A DNA stretch of 64,000 bases, from NCBI GenBank assembly GCA_041550515.1, contig JBFEOQ010000004.1, positions 1,190-65,189 of the forward strand, given 5' to 3'. The notes under the pieces are model-generated. The model was not told the DNA's origin and did no database searches. It worked only from the letters and a program-made list of their open reading frames with translations. Source of the DNA: Thermoplasmatota archaeon (GTDB lineage: Archaea; Thermoplasmatota; E2; DHVEG-1). The position numbers and the translations under genes were made by a program. Below are positions 45,891-56,015 of the stretch, one piece after another (the first letter of the stretch is position 1; the number at the start of each line of letters is the position of its first letter).

Positions 45891-47349
45891 CTTTAACCTC
45901 TCTAGTTCGACCATTAAATAGATTAGAATTAGGTGATCGAAGTTTTATATCATTGATATTCATACCAAACTTCTTTTCCATAATTTTTATAATATGCTGG
46001 GCACAAAATCCCCCTTGACATCTACCCATACCTGCTCGACAACGATATTTAATAGATGAAATTGTTTTTGCACCAAGCGGATTTGAAAGAGCTTGAATTA
46101 CTTCCATCTCTGTAACATTTTCACATCTGCAAATTATTCGTCCCCATCTATCGTCTTTTTTAATTAATATTGCCTGTTTTTGTTCAGATATTTCAGAGAA
46201 ATGTTTTCTTTTTTTTGTTTTCATTATATATGTTTTTTTATATTCTAGATTAATATGTTTGGATATCATTTGTACTGTCTTTTTTGCTATGGCAGGAGCC
46301 GCGGTTAGACCAGGTGATTCAATTCCTAATAGATTTATTAAACCCGGTGTTTTTTTACTTTCTTCGATTCTATAATCTGCCCATCCTCCTTCTTCTTTAG
46401 ATGCGAGTTTACAACGAATTCCAGCATATGCATTTATAACTGCGTTATTCGGTAAATTTGGAATAATCTTTTTTGCTTCCTTGAATAAAGTCTTCATGGT
46501 TTTTCTTGTGGTTTTTTTATCATTAATATCATCTATGAATTCAGCACTTGGACCTACTAGAATATTTCCTTTAATAGTAGGGGTGAGATGAATTCCTAAA
46601 AATCCACTATTCTTTTCAGGAATGGGGTATATCATTGATTTTATCAAAGAACGATAATTTTTATCTAATACTAAATATTCTCCCCGACAGGGATATATAT
46701 TAAAATCAGGTTCTTCGAGCATTGCTACAATTTCTCTACAGTTTAACCCTGCTGCATTCACTAATAATTTAGTCTGATATTCACCTTTGTTAGTTTTTAT
46801 TAAAAAATTATGTTTTTGTTTCTTTAACCCAGAAACTTTAGTTTCAAGTAAAAATTTTACATTATTCTCTGCAGCATTCTCGGCAAGGGCAATAGTTAAC
46901 TCATATGGCTCTATTATACCAGCAGATGGAACCCACAAAGCTGCATGACATTTAACATTTGGTTCTTTTGATTTTATAGATGATTTATCTATTATTTCAA
47001 GATATGGAACTTTATTTTTCTCACCTATTTTTTTAATATATTTGAGTTCTTTAACTTCTTCATCGTTTTTAGCAATAACATATTTTCCAATCCAATTCAC
47101 TTGGACACCTAGCTGATTAGCTAATAATTTAAACATTTGATTTCCTTCAACACAAAAATGAGCTTTTAGTGAGGAGGGAGTAGAATTTAATCCACTATGT
47201 ATTACACCACTATTTGCTTTACTAGTTCCAGATGCAACGTCGCTTCCTTTCTCAAATACAACGACATCAATATTATATTTTGAAATCTCCCAAGCAATTG
47301 CAGAACCGATAACTCCTCCACCAACAATAGCAACTTGGAAGTTTTTCAT
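45883..47349 (-). CDS. FAD-dependent oxidoreductase of the GlpA / glycerol-3-phosphate dehydrogenase type with a BFD-like [2Fe-2S] domain
   Basis: 488 aa with VAIVGGGVIGSAIA and C-terminal ICRCENVTEMEV...RCRAGMGRCQGGFC. Confidence 0.75.
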   Translation of the reverse strand: MKNFQVAIVGGGVIGSAIAWEISKYNIDVVVFEKGSDVASGTSKANSGVIHSGLNSTPSSLKAHFCVEGNQMFKLLANQLGVQVNWIGKYVIAKNDEEVKELKYIKKIGEKNKVPYLEIIDKSSIKSKEPNVKCHAALWVPSAGIIEPYELTIALAENAAENNVKFLLETKVSGLKKQKHNFLIKTNKGEYQTKLLVNAAGLNCREIVAMLEEPDFNIYPCRGEYLVLDKNYRSLIKSMIYPIPEKNSGFLGIHLTPTIKGNILVGPSAEFIDDINDKKTTRKTMKTLFKEAKKIIPNLPNNAVINAYAGIRCKLASKEEGGWADYRIEESKKTPGLINLLGIESPGLTAAPAIAKKTVQMISKHINLEYKKTYIMKTKKRKHFSEISEQKQAILIKKDDRWGRIICRCENVTEMEVIQALSNPLGAKTISSIKYRCRAGMGRCQGGFCAQHIIKIMEKKFGMNINDIKLRSPNSNLFNGRTREVKDE

Positions 47350-47439
47350 CTGATTCGTTGAATATCAAGACTTATATAAATATATTAGTTGTTTACTTAT
47401 TTACTTTATATCATAAAAAAATTGAGCTGAGGAAAATAA

Positions 47440-48696
47440 ATGAAGGTAAATATTCCTTATGGAAGCAAATATATCAATGTTACAATACCTAAACCTTTTC
47501 ATATGTTAGTTCCTAACAAAGTAATGATAAAGAACCAAGAAAAACTAATAGATAAGGCTTTAGAAAAGCCTTTAGGTTTTAACTCTTATGATGATTTTGC
47601 TGAAGATGCTGATAGATTACTTGTTATTATTAATGATGCGACAAGACCTACTCCAACATCTAAAATTTTAAAATATCTTTTACCAGTTCTCTCATCTCAT
47701 CCTGACGTAAAGTTTCTTGTTGCGACTGGTGTTCATCGTGCGCCCACAGAAGAAGAATATAGATATATTTTTGGAAACACATATGAAATTTTTAGAAGAA
47801 AAGTTTATGCTCATGATGCAAGAAAAGATAATGATATGATCTACTTAGGTAAATCAAAGAATGGAACTGAAATGTATATAAATAAGTTAGTTCCAGAATA
47901 TAAAAATATTCTTGTTATCGGTAGTGTTGAACCGCATTATTTTGCAGGTTATACTGGAGGAAGAAAATCTTTCCTACCTGGAGTTGCCTCATATAAAACT
48001 ATTGAAATGAATCATAAACTTGCATTAAGTGATAAAGCATGTTCTCTTGCCCTTGAAGGAAATCCTGTGCATGAAGATATGGCTGACGCAATGCAGGTGC
48101 TTAAAGATCTTAAAGTTTTTTCTATACAAACAGTACTTACAGGTGATCATAAATTATATGCAGTTACCGCTGGTGATTTACATCAATCATTCGATGCGGC
48201 AATAGAATTTTCTAAACAAGTTTTTTGTGTACCTTTAAGAGGAAAAGGTAACTTAGTTATAACTGCCGCCCCTTATCCTATGGATATTGACTTATATCAA
48301 TCGCAAAAAGCTCTTGACAATGGTAAATTAGCTCTTGAGGATGGAGGAGTTATAATTCTTGTATCTAAATGTCGTGATGGTATAGGTGAAGATGCATTTC
48401 TTGAACTTTTAGGAAAAGCTAATTCTCCTAAAAAAATAATGGAAATACTTGGGGATGAATACAAGCTAGGATACCATAAAGCAGCAAAAATGGCTCAAAT
48501 TGGAATAAGAGCAGATATGTGGGCTGTTACTGATCTTGATGATAAAATTATTAAAAAGTCACAATTGAAACCTTATTCAACTATTCAAGTTGCAATAGAT
48601 GACGCAGTTAAACTTATTAAGAAAAAAGGTAAAAAACCAAAAACTATTGTTATGCCATATGGAAGTCTAACAGTTCCCCTAATTGGAGAAAAATAA
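47440..48696 (+). CDS. larA: nickel-dependent lactate racemase (LarA family)
   Basis: 418 aa with INDATRPTP, ATGVHRAPT and EPHYFAGYTGGRKS. Confidence 0.75.
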   Translation: MKVNIPYGSKYINVTIPKPFHMLVPNKVMIKNQEKLIDKALEKPLGFNSYDDFAEDADRLLVIINDATRPTPTSKILKYLLPVLSSHPDVKFLVATGVHRAPTEEEYRYIFGNTYEIFRRKVYAHDARKDNDMIYLGKSKNGTEMYINKLVPEYKNILVIGSVEPHYFAGYTGGRKSFLPGVASYKTIEMNHKLALSDKACSLALEGNPVHEDMADAMQVLKDLKVFSIQTVLTGDHKLYAVTAGDLHQSFDAAIEFSKQVFCVPLRGKGNLVITAAPYPMDIDLYQSQKALDNGKLALEDGGVIILVSKCRDGIGEDAFLELLGKANSPKKIMEILGDEYKLGYHKAAKMAQIGIRADMWAVTDLDDKIIKKSQLKPYSTIQVAIDDAVKLIKKKGKKPKTIVMPYGSLTVPLIGEK

Positions 48697-49083
48697 ATGG
48701 ATTTTAGATTATTGCATTATCTTTATCTTTTTGTATTAATATAAAGATCTTATAATAGTATTTGTTTTCACAAAACATGCAATATATTTCAAAATACTCT
48801 AATACGTCTAATAGTATATTTTTAAAATAATCAAAAGCGTTATAGTTTTTATCTATTTATTTATTGAATTTTATTGAATTTCACAACAAATTTTTCTATA
48901 ATTCTTCTATTAAATGGATTAATAAAATAAATATCCTGATATCCCTCTTTTCTATTTTAAAATAGACTTCATAAATATTTTATAACAAATAAACTTAAAT
49001 TTATAGATAATGATATAAAATTAAATAAGAAGAAAAAACTAAAAACATAATTACTATTCATTTTGACAAAGGAGCGTGATTTT

Positions 49084-49944
49084 ATGGATGAAACAAGTTT
49101 CGAAGACGGTATAGTTTCTCTAATTAGAAAAGCTGAAACTGAATTACCACAGGATGTCATTAGAGCTCTAAAGAAAGCATGTGATTTTGAAAAAGGAATT
49201 GCGAAAACTCAAATTGAAACTATTCTAAAAAATGTAGAGTTAGCTAAATCATCAAAACGCCCTATGTGTCAGGATACCGGTATTCAGACATTTTTTGTTC
49301 AGATTGGTATTGATTATCCAAAAATTAAGGATCTAGAAGGCTGGATCATAAAAGGAGTTAAAAGAGCAACAAAGGAAATACCATTAAGGCCAAATACCGT
49401 TGATCCATTCTCGGGGAAAAACCATGGTGATAATGTCGGAGAAAATATTCCATATATAACTTGGGAATTTATGGATGGAGATAAGATATTAATAACTGCA
49501 TTACCAAAGGGTGGCGGTAGTGAAAACATGAGTAAACTTGGGATGTTAAAACCTGGAGTTGGTATCGAGGGAGTAAAGGCTTTTGTAGTTGATGAAATGA
49601 TTAAGGCTGGAGGAAATCCATGTCCACCAACCGTTGTAGGTATAGGTATCGGGGGAGGCGCTGATCTTAGCTTAAAACTTGGAAAAAAAGCCTTATTAAG
49701 ACCCATTGGAATAAGACATCGAGATAAAATGATAGCATCTATAGAATTAGAACTAATTGAGCGCATAAATGCTAGTGGTATTGGACCTATGGGACTTGGT
49801 GGTAAAACAACAGTTTTAGATGTACATATAGAAAAAGCTCATCGTCATCCTGCTAGCCTTCCTGTCGGAATTGCTGTTCAATGTTGGGCTGATAGACGAG
49901 CCCATCTAACTATTAATTCAGATGGAACATGGGAGGTATCATAA
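49084..49944 (+). CDS. class I (Fe-S) fumarate hydratase / tartrate dehydratase alpha subunit
   Basis: Carries the PMCQDTG motif and PKGGGSEN. ATG 49084 lies 9 nt after AAGGAG. The track uses TTG 49063. Confidence 0.85.
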   Translation: MDETSFEDGIVSLIRKAETELPQDVIRALKKACDFEKGIAKTQIETILKNVELAKSSKRPMCQDTGIQTFFVQIGIDYPKIKDLEGWIIKGVKRATKEIPLRPNTVDPFSGKNHGDNVGENIPYITWEFMDGDKILITALPKGGGSENMSKLGMLKPGVGIEGVKAFVVDEMIKAGGNPCPPTVVGIGIGGGADLSLKLGKKALLRPIGIRHRDKMIASIELELIERINASGIGPMGLGGKTTVLDVHIEKAHRHPASLPVGIAVQCWADRRAHLTINSDGTWEVS

Positions 49945-50484
49945 ATGAAGTATCATTTTAATCTACCAGTAAACATTGATGATATACAGAAACTTAAGGT
50001 TGGAGATATATTATATGTTTCAGGTGAAATCTTCACCGCTCGAGATGAAGCACATCATAAGATGTTAAATATAGAAGAAAACAAATTGCCATTTACTCCT
50101 TCAAATATGGCACTTTTTCACTGTGGACCACTCATGAAAAAAGAACATGGTAGTTGGAAAGTAGTTTCTGCTGGTCCAACAACTAGTAGCCGTATGGAAC
50201 TTTTTGAGGATCAATTCATTGAAAAATTTGGTATTAATATCATAATCGGAAAAGGAGGAATGGGTAAACGTACGGAAACTGCTTTAAAAAAGTTTGGTGG
50301 TATTTATACTGCGTATACTGGAGGTGCAGGAGCACTTGCAGCCGATTGTGTGAAGAATGTAAACGCAATATATTGGCTTGAAGAACTTGGAATGCCAGAA
50401 GCAGTATGGATATTTGAAGTAGAAAAATTCGGTCCACTAGTTGTCGCTATGGATTCGTATGGAAATTCATTTTATAAAAAATAA
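49945..50484 (+). CDS. class I fumarate hydratase / tartrate dehydratase beta subunit
   Basis: 179 aa with GEIFTARDEAH and IGKGGMG. It abuts the alpha subunit with no gap. Confidence 0.85.
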   Translation: MKYHFNLPVNIDDIQKLKVGDILYVSGEIFTARDEAHHKMLNIEENKLPFTPSNMALFHCGPLMKKEHGSWKVVSAGPTTSSRMELFEDQFIEKFGINIIIGKGGMGKRTETALKKFGGIYTAYTGGAGALAADCVKNVNAIYWLEELGMPEAVWIFEVEKFGPLVVAMDSYGNSFYKK

Positions 50485-50521
50485 TTTATAAGATTAAAAA
50501 ATATGATATATCAGAATATAG

Positions 50522-51574
50522 ATGGAAAAATATGATGTAGTCATCATTGGTGCAGGCCCAGCTGGGACATCGGCTGCTAAAATTCTTGAATCTAAAAGAC
50601 ATAACTACCTCATTTTAGATAAAATGTTGTTTCCCAGAAACAAACCATGTGCGGGTGTACTATCTCCAAAAGTTAATTCTATACTTAAAATTCCAAGAAA
50701 TATACGTGAACGTCCTCTTTATGGTTACCGTGTTTTTTCTCCATCTGGTAATATTGTAGAATCACCTTTCCCTGAACCTGGTTCTATAGTCAAAAGAGAT
50801 ATTTTTGATATGTTTCTTGTTGAATCCCTAATAAAAAAACCTACGCATGTAGATGTTACGAAAATATATAAAGATGATTATGGTATGGTAATTGTTGGGA
50901 ATAATTGGAAATGTAAAGCTAAAAGTATAATTGGAGCCGATGGAGCTAATTCAATTGTAAAAAAGTATTGTAAAATCTCATCAAAGAAAATTGCAATAAC
51001 CGCCCAATATACCATTTCTCTTCCATTTAATATTATAAATAAATTTATTGGTAATTGGTTTGAAGTGTATTATACTCTTAGATATGGATATGGATGGATT
51101 AGCCCTAATAAACAAAGTTTAAAAATCGGTGTTGGTATCCTCTCAAATTACCTAAAAATGAATATATGGGATGTATTAAATAATTTCATGAACCATCCAA
51201 TAGTAAAAGGAAAATCTAAGGATGGAAAAATTATTGGAAAAGAAACTCATATTATTCCTATGTCCGGACCGTTGGATAGACTTGTAGGTAATAAATGCAT
51301 ATTAGTTGGGGATGCAGGGGGTTTTGTATATCCTGGAACAGGAGAGGGTATATTTTATTCTATTAAAACAGGTCAAATAGCGGCAAGAGTAATTGATCAA
51401 GCAATAATAGATGACGATTATCATAATATTTCTATTGAAAAAAATTATTTAAAAGAATTAGATAAAAATGGAATTTTATGTCTTCGTAATATTGATTTCG
51501 TGGAAAAAATTCTGTCAAGCAGTGAAAAAATTGAAAAATATGTTAAGCGGTTAAGATATTTAAACAGAAACTAA
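50522..51574 (+). CDS. geranylgeranyl-reductase-family FAD flavoprotein
   Basis: 350 aa with YDVVIIGAGPAGTSAA and LVGDAGGFVYPGTGEGI. Its 3' end overlaps the convergent lplA-DUF116 gene by 4 nt. Confidence 0.75.
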   Translation: MEKYDVVIIGAGPAGTSAAKILESKRHNYLILDKMLFPRNKPCAGVLSPKVNSILKIPRNIRERPLYGYRVFSPSGNIVESPFPEPGSIVKRDIFDMFLVESLIKKPTHVDVTKIYKDDYGMVIVGNNWKCKAKSIIGADGANSIVKKYCKISSKKIAITAQYTISLPFNIINKFIGNWFEVYYTLRYGYGWISPNKQSLKIGVGILSNYLKMNIWDVLNNFMNHPIVKGKSKDGKIIGKETHIIPMSGPLDRLVGNKCILVGDAGGFVYPGTGEGIFYSIKTGQIAARVIDQAIIDDDYHNISIEKNYLKELDKNGILCLRNIDFVEKILSSSEKIEKYVKRLRYLNRN

Positions 51575-53133
51575 TTTGTTATTTTTAAATAATCAACTAC
51601 TTTTTTGATTAAATCTACGCGTAGATTGGTAAGATTTTCAAAGTTACCGTCATATGCATCTTTTTCCTCCCCAAGATCATAACATGTTTGATTATCAATA
51701 TCGATTAGAATACCTGGTAATCCAGCATTTTGGAAATCGTCTATATGTTTTGTATAGAATGCTTCACAGCAACTTCCAATAAATGATTTAATGCCCTTTT
51801 GTTTCAAATCATTTAAAGTTCGAATAAGATCTTTAAAGTTTAAAATGGTAATAGGAGTTAAGTTATTTTCTATGGCATATTTATAGATATCACCTACTGT
51901 ACATTTACCACAAAGAATACATCCCTTTTCTTGTCGGTATTTACATTCAGGTAATTTTGAACAATAGGGAATTAAAATTACTGATGATTCTCTAATATTA
52001 TCAATTGATTCAATAACTGTGAATATATTATTTACATTTTCAAGAGAAATTCCAAGTTTTAGATATTCAATTTTTTCCAATGATTTATATATTGCTTTTA
52101 TAAAATCAATAGGCTTAATACCAGGAATATCAACTTGTCTCTCATTAAAGAATTGTATAATTTTTTCTTTAATTTTAATTTTATCGATTGTACTATCTTT
52201 TAATAGTGCTTCAAGATCAAAAATTGTACGTTTTGGATGTATAAAAAAATCTCCTGTTATAAGAGCTGCCTGGATACGTTTATTTGGTATATCAACAATG
52301 AGAGATATGCGAATTAGGCCACCTGGAGTTTTATAAACTGATCTTAAAACCTGCCTTTGTTCAATTTTTTGTCGAACTCCATAAATCCATTCATTTGACT
52401 GATAATATTTAATTTTTTCATTAAATAATTTTATTTCTTTTCCAGTTAATTTACGTTCTATAGGATCAATATTTAAAACTTCGATAAATCCTTCTATTAA
52501 TGCCTTTTTAATGATTTTTAATCTTGGTAAATATCCTAGTTCCCATTTTAAGCATGTGACACGTTCCTTGACAGATTCTATTTCTTTATCTTTTAATTTT
52601 TCAATTGGAATTTTAAGTGATCGTATCATAGTGTTGACATCAAAATCGGTAAGAAGGGTTCCTTGAAAGAGAAATGCTTTTCCTTCAAACGCTCCTCCAG
52701 TTCCTGAAATCTTACGACCGTTAACCTCAATATCGTTTTTTGGACGGAATTCAGCTTTTATCCCTAAACGCTTTAATCCCCCTATTGAGCATTCACAAAT
52801 CTTTTTGTATATTTTCTCCATGTCTTTTGGAATTATTGGATTATTTCTATTTACAATTAGTTCCCATCCTAATTGAGGTTCATCTATGTAAATTGCTCCA
52901 CCACCAGTAATCCGTCGATTAATCTCTATGTTATGATTTTTACAGTAATCAACTCTAATTTCTTGTTCAACATTTTGATGAAAACCAACAAGGACATTGT
53001 TTGGTGAAAACTGTAGAAATCTAATTGTATTTGGAATATAATTCTTATTTCTACACAAAAGAAGAACTTCATCAAGAGTTATATTCTCTGCAGCATTTCT
53101 AATTCCAGTATCAAGAATAGACCAATCTTTCAT
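51571..53133 (-). CDS. lipoate-protein ligase (LplA/LipB-fold) fused to a C-terminal Cys-rich DUF116-like domain
   Basis: 520 aa. The ligase half has NRRITGGGAIYID and GRKISGTGGAFEG. The C-terminal roughly 150 aa carry CSKLPECKYRQEKGCILCGKC and GSCCEAF. Confidence 0.7.
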   Translation of the reverse strand: MKDWSILDTGIRNAAENITLDEVLLLCRNKNYIPNTIRFLQFSPNNVLVGFHQNVEQEIRVDYCKNHNIEINRRITGGGAIYIDEPQLGWELIVNRNNPIIPKDMEKIYKKICECSIGGLKRLGIKAEFRPKNDIEVNGRKISGTGGAFEGKAFLFQGTLLTDFDVNTMIRSLKIPIEKLKDKEIESVKERVTCLKWELGYLPRLKIIKKALIEGFIEVLNIDPIERKLTGKEIKLFNEKIKYYQSNEWIYGVRQKIEQRQVLRSVYKTPGGLIRISLIVDIPNKRIQAALITGDFFIHPKRTIFDLEALLKDSTIDKIKIKEKIIQFFNERQVDIPGIKPIDFIKAIYKSLEKIEYLKLGISLENVNNIFTVIESIDNIRESSVILIPYCSKLPECKYRQEKGCILCGKCTVGDIYKYAIENNLTPITILNFKDLIRTLNDLKQKGIKSFIGSCCEAFYTKHIDDFQNAGLPGILIDIDNQTCYDLGEEKDAYDGNFENLTNLRVDLIKKVVDYLKITN

Positions 53134-53228
53134 TTTTTCACTTTTAAATTCAATTAATTCTATATTCTAAATCTAAATATTTATAATCTTTTTAAAGAAA
53201 TGTATATTTATTTTGATATTTCTTCAAA

Positions 53229-54260
53229 TCACGAGTAGTTAAACAACTGCTTTTGAATTATTTCAATATCTGATTGTTCTGGTTTAAAAGCATAATTTCT
53301 AATTGGATGAGATGGACGTTCATTACCATAAGGCCGATTACATGCAACAAATCCATCACTCCCAGAACATCCTGATGTCATAAATGCATATCCAGATTTG
53401 ACTACAGGTTCAATATCTACTCCAAACTCTATTATCTGGTTTTTATTGTTAAAAACCATTTTTTCAAATCTACTTATTCCTTCATTTATGAGATAACGTG
53501 CAAGTTGAATTCTACGATAATTTCCATAAGTTGGCTGTGGGTATTTCTCCATTTTACTACCTAGTTCAGGATAAAATGAGAATAACTGACCCTTAGCACC
53601 CATATCTTCAGCTCTTTGTATTATTTCAGCCATTTCCTTCTCTGATTCATTCAAACCAACTATTAGATGTATACCAACCTTTCCCTTTCCAAAATATTCA
53701 ACTGACCACTTAACAATCTGCCAATAATGATCCCATTTATGAGGACCATTAACACCTTTACCGCGCAATTTATCAAATATTTCAGGAGTTACGGCATCTA
53801 ATGCTATTCCAATCATATCTGCTCCTGCCTGCTTTATTCTCAATAAATCATTTTTTTTTATTAAAGTTGGGGAAATCAGTCCACTAATTAAAAGATTTGT
53901 TTCATCACGAAATTTTTGTATTATATTACACATATCATCAAAAGCATTTGGATGTGTTATCATAGAAATGCAAACTCTTTTAAGATTTTTACCATATTTA
54001 TTTGTTCTTTTAATCACATCATCGGTTTTCAATATTGGCCAATCAACCCTGATAAATGTCTTTTTATTGATATCCCGCGATTTTGAGAGACCACAATATG
54101 CGCATCTTGCAATACATCCATCTTCATAATTTAAAAGAAGATTCAATGCTTTTAGATGTTCGCCTCTATTAAATTTCCCAGGAAAAAACTTAAGTGTCAT
54201 TGCTGCAGCTGTACTAATCTTAACATATTCAGGGCTTTCTTTTTTATTCATCTTCTTCAA
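53229..54260 (-). CDS. radical SAM protein, biotin-synthase/lipoyl-synthase-related (candidate LipS-type)
   Basis: 343 aa with CIARCAYCGL (CxxxCxxC). It is embedded between the lipoate ligase and gcvH-like genes. Confidence 0.7.
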   Translation of the reverse strand: MKKMNKKESPEYVKISTAAAMTLKFFPGKFNRGEHLKALNLLLNYEDGCIARCAYCGLSKSRDINKKTFIRVDWPILKTDDVIKRTNKYGKNLKRVCISMITHPNAFDDMCNIIQKFRDETNLLISGLISPTLIKKNDLLRIKQAGADMIGIALDAVTPEIFDKLRGKGVNGPHKWDHYWQIVKWSVEYFGKGKVGIHLIVGLNESEKEMAEIIQRAEDMGAKGQLFSFYPELGSKMEKYPQPTYGNYRRIQLARYLINEGISRFEKMVFNNKNQIIEFGVDIEPVVKSGYAFMTSGCSGSDGFVACNRPYGNERPSHPIRNYAFKPEQSDIEIIQKQLFNYS

Positions 54261-54684
54261 CTCTTTGAATTTCTGCAGATATCCAATTTCTTATGTCTTC
54301 TTCTTTTTCTATAATATATCTAGTATCAACCTTCATATTTTTAGGTTTTATAATAACTATCCACGATTCATATGGATTATCATTTATTAAACTTGGATTA
54401 TTGATTACTTCTTTATTTATAGATACAATCTCCCCGTCTATTGGAGAGTAAAATCTGCTAACAAACTTTGCTGATTCGAAGCTCCCTATTGGTTCTCCAT
54501 TTTTTACTTTATTTTTGGTAATTTTAAGATATGTTAAAAAACCAACTATTTCTGCGGCAAATGCATCCATACCAATCTTATAATAGTTATTATCTTCTTT
54601 TAGCCATATGTGTGCTCCATCTTTTATATAATATTTTCTATCTAATGGAAATTTCATGCCATTTATTTCAAACAATAAATACAC
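54244..54684 (-). CDS. GcvH-like lipoyl carrier protein
   Basis: Has the H-protein layout: HIW, IGMDAFAAEIVG, lipoyl-lysine context GSFESAKFVSRFYSPIDGEIV, then NPYESW. The start is uncertain (GTG 54684 in the track, TTG 54675, or ATG 54657). Confidence 0.8.
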   Translation of the reverse strand: MYLLFEINGMKFPLDRKYYIKDGAHIWLKEDNNYYKIGMDAFAAEIVGFLTYLKITKNKVKNGEPIGSFESAKFVSRFYSPIDGEIVSINKEVINNPSLINDNPYESWIVIIKPKNMKVDTRYIIEKEEDIRNWISAEIQRVEEDE

Positions 54685-54688
54685 CTCC

Positions 54689-55693
54689 TTAATTTTCTTT
54701 TTTAAATATACTCATAATTTTATTATTAACCATATTTCTATTATATTCCAAACCTTCCAATTCATTCATTAAATTCTGTTGATTTTCAGAAAACAATGGA
54801 GAGGAATTTAAAAATAATACATTTTTGATTTTATTTTCCTTTATCTCACATATTATTTTCTGAACCCAGTTGGATAAATTTAATTCTTTATAAAAAAGTA
54901 GAACTCCTTCTCTTATTTTAATTTCACGACCAGTTGGTTTTTCCCCCTTTTGATATAACCAAGATTTTGAAGTGTAGTATTTATTAAGCTCAATCATTTT
55001 TGTGTTTATTTTTTTATCTAATCTTTCTTTTTTCATTGGTCCTAATATTTTAATAAAATTTGAAGAAAGAATTTTATAAATCTTTTTTTTTGGAGGGACA
55101 TTATCACCTAATTCTTGTTTAAGTGTAGTTAAATTATCTTTCATTAGTTCTAGGTATCTTTTTCTTAAAATTTCTGTTAATTGTAATGCATTTGCCATTG
55201 TATTATAGTCAAAGTCAAATAAAATGCTTCCTCCTAAAATTTTACATTCACCAACCTCGCCTCCTCCATTTCCTGAAATTTTTTTTTCATTTACAATTAA
55301 ATCACACAATGGTTGATATTCAGCTGAAATTCCGATATCATGATATGTGTGAATAACTGGTTGGAGGAATTTTTTAAAAAAATTTTGTGGAATTCGTGGA
55401 ACTTCAGGATTATTTCGATTTATGATTAAATGATAAAAAATCTGATTTTTATCTAACAAAACTGTTCCACCCCCTATTTCCCTTCTAAATATACCTATAT
55501 TGTTTTCTTTACAATATTTTAAATCTATCTCATCATTTGGATTCTGATGTAAACCTATGCATATATATTTTCCGGTAGATGAATGTAAAACCAGACTCTC
55601 GATATTCATGTAAGCTAGAGCATGATAAATCAATTGTGAATCTATCCATTGAAGTTTGTCTAATATGAATAGTTTCATTAAGTTAGCCTCCAC
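54689..55693 (-). CDS. lplA: lipoate-protein ligase (LplA family)
   Basis: 334 aa with FRREIGGGTVLLD and KKISGNGGGEVG (ligase lysine context). Confidence 0.75.
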   Translation of the reverse strand: MEANLMKLFILDKLQWIDSQLIYHALAYMNIESLVLHSSTGKYICIGLHQNPNDEIDLKYCKENNIGIFRREIGGGTVLLDKNQIFYHLIINRNNPEVPRIPQNFFKKFLQPVIHTYHDIGISAEYQPLCDLIVNEKKISGNGGGEVGECKILGGSILFDFDYNTMANALQLTEILRKRYLELMKDNLTTLKQELGDNVPPKKKIYKILSSNFIKILGPMKKERLDKKINTKMIELNKYYTSKSWLYQKGEKPTGREIKIREGVLLFYKELNLSNWVQKIICEIKENKIKNVLFLNSSPLFSENQQNLMNELEGLEYNRNMVNNKIMSIFKKEN

Positions 55694-56015
55694 TTTTAGA
55701 AAGATATTTAATTAGGTAATATTACTAAAATAATAATATAATTTTCGAAATTCGTTAATTTGTAATTTTGTTATAATTAAAAAATCCTTACTATATTTTA
55801 TAAAATTGTTAATAAAAATTATATTTTTATTCTATTCATTACTAAAACAGTCTATAGCCTATAATCTATCAAATATTCCTACTTAATAAATTTCTTCTTT
55901 AGCTTTCGAAAGTTATATATTATTAGGCAAATTAGGCAGTAATAACCTCCTCTACAATCGCTACCACATTTATAGGGTTTGTACGACATTCTTCTCACTA
56001 TAAGTTATCTATTAA

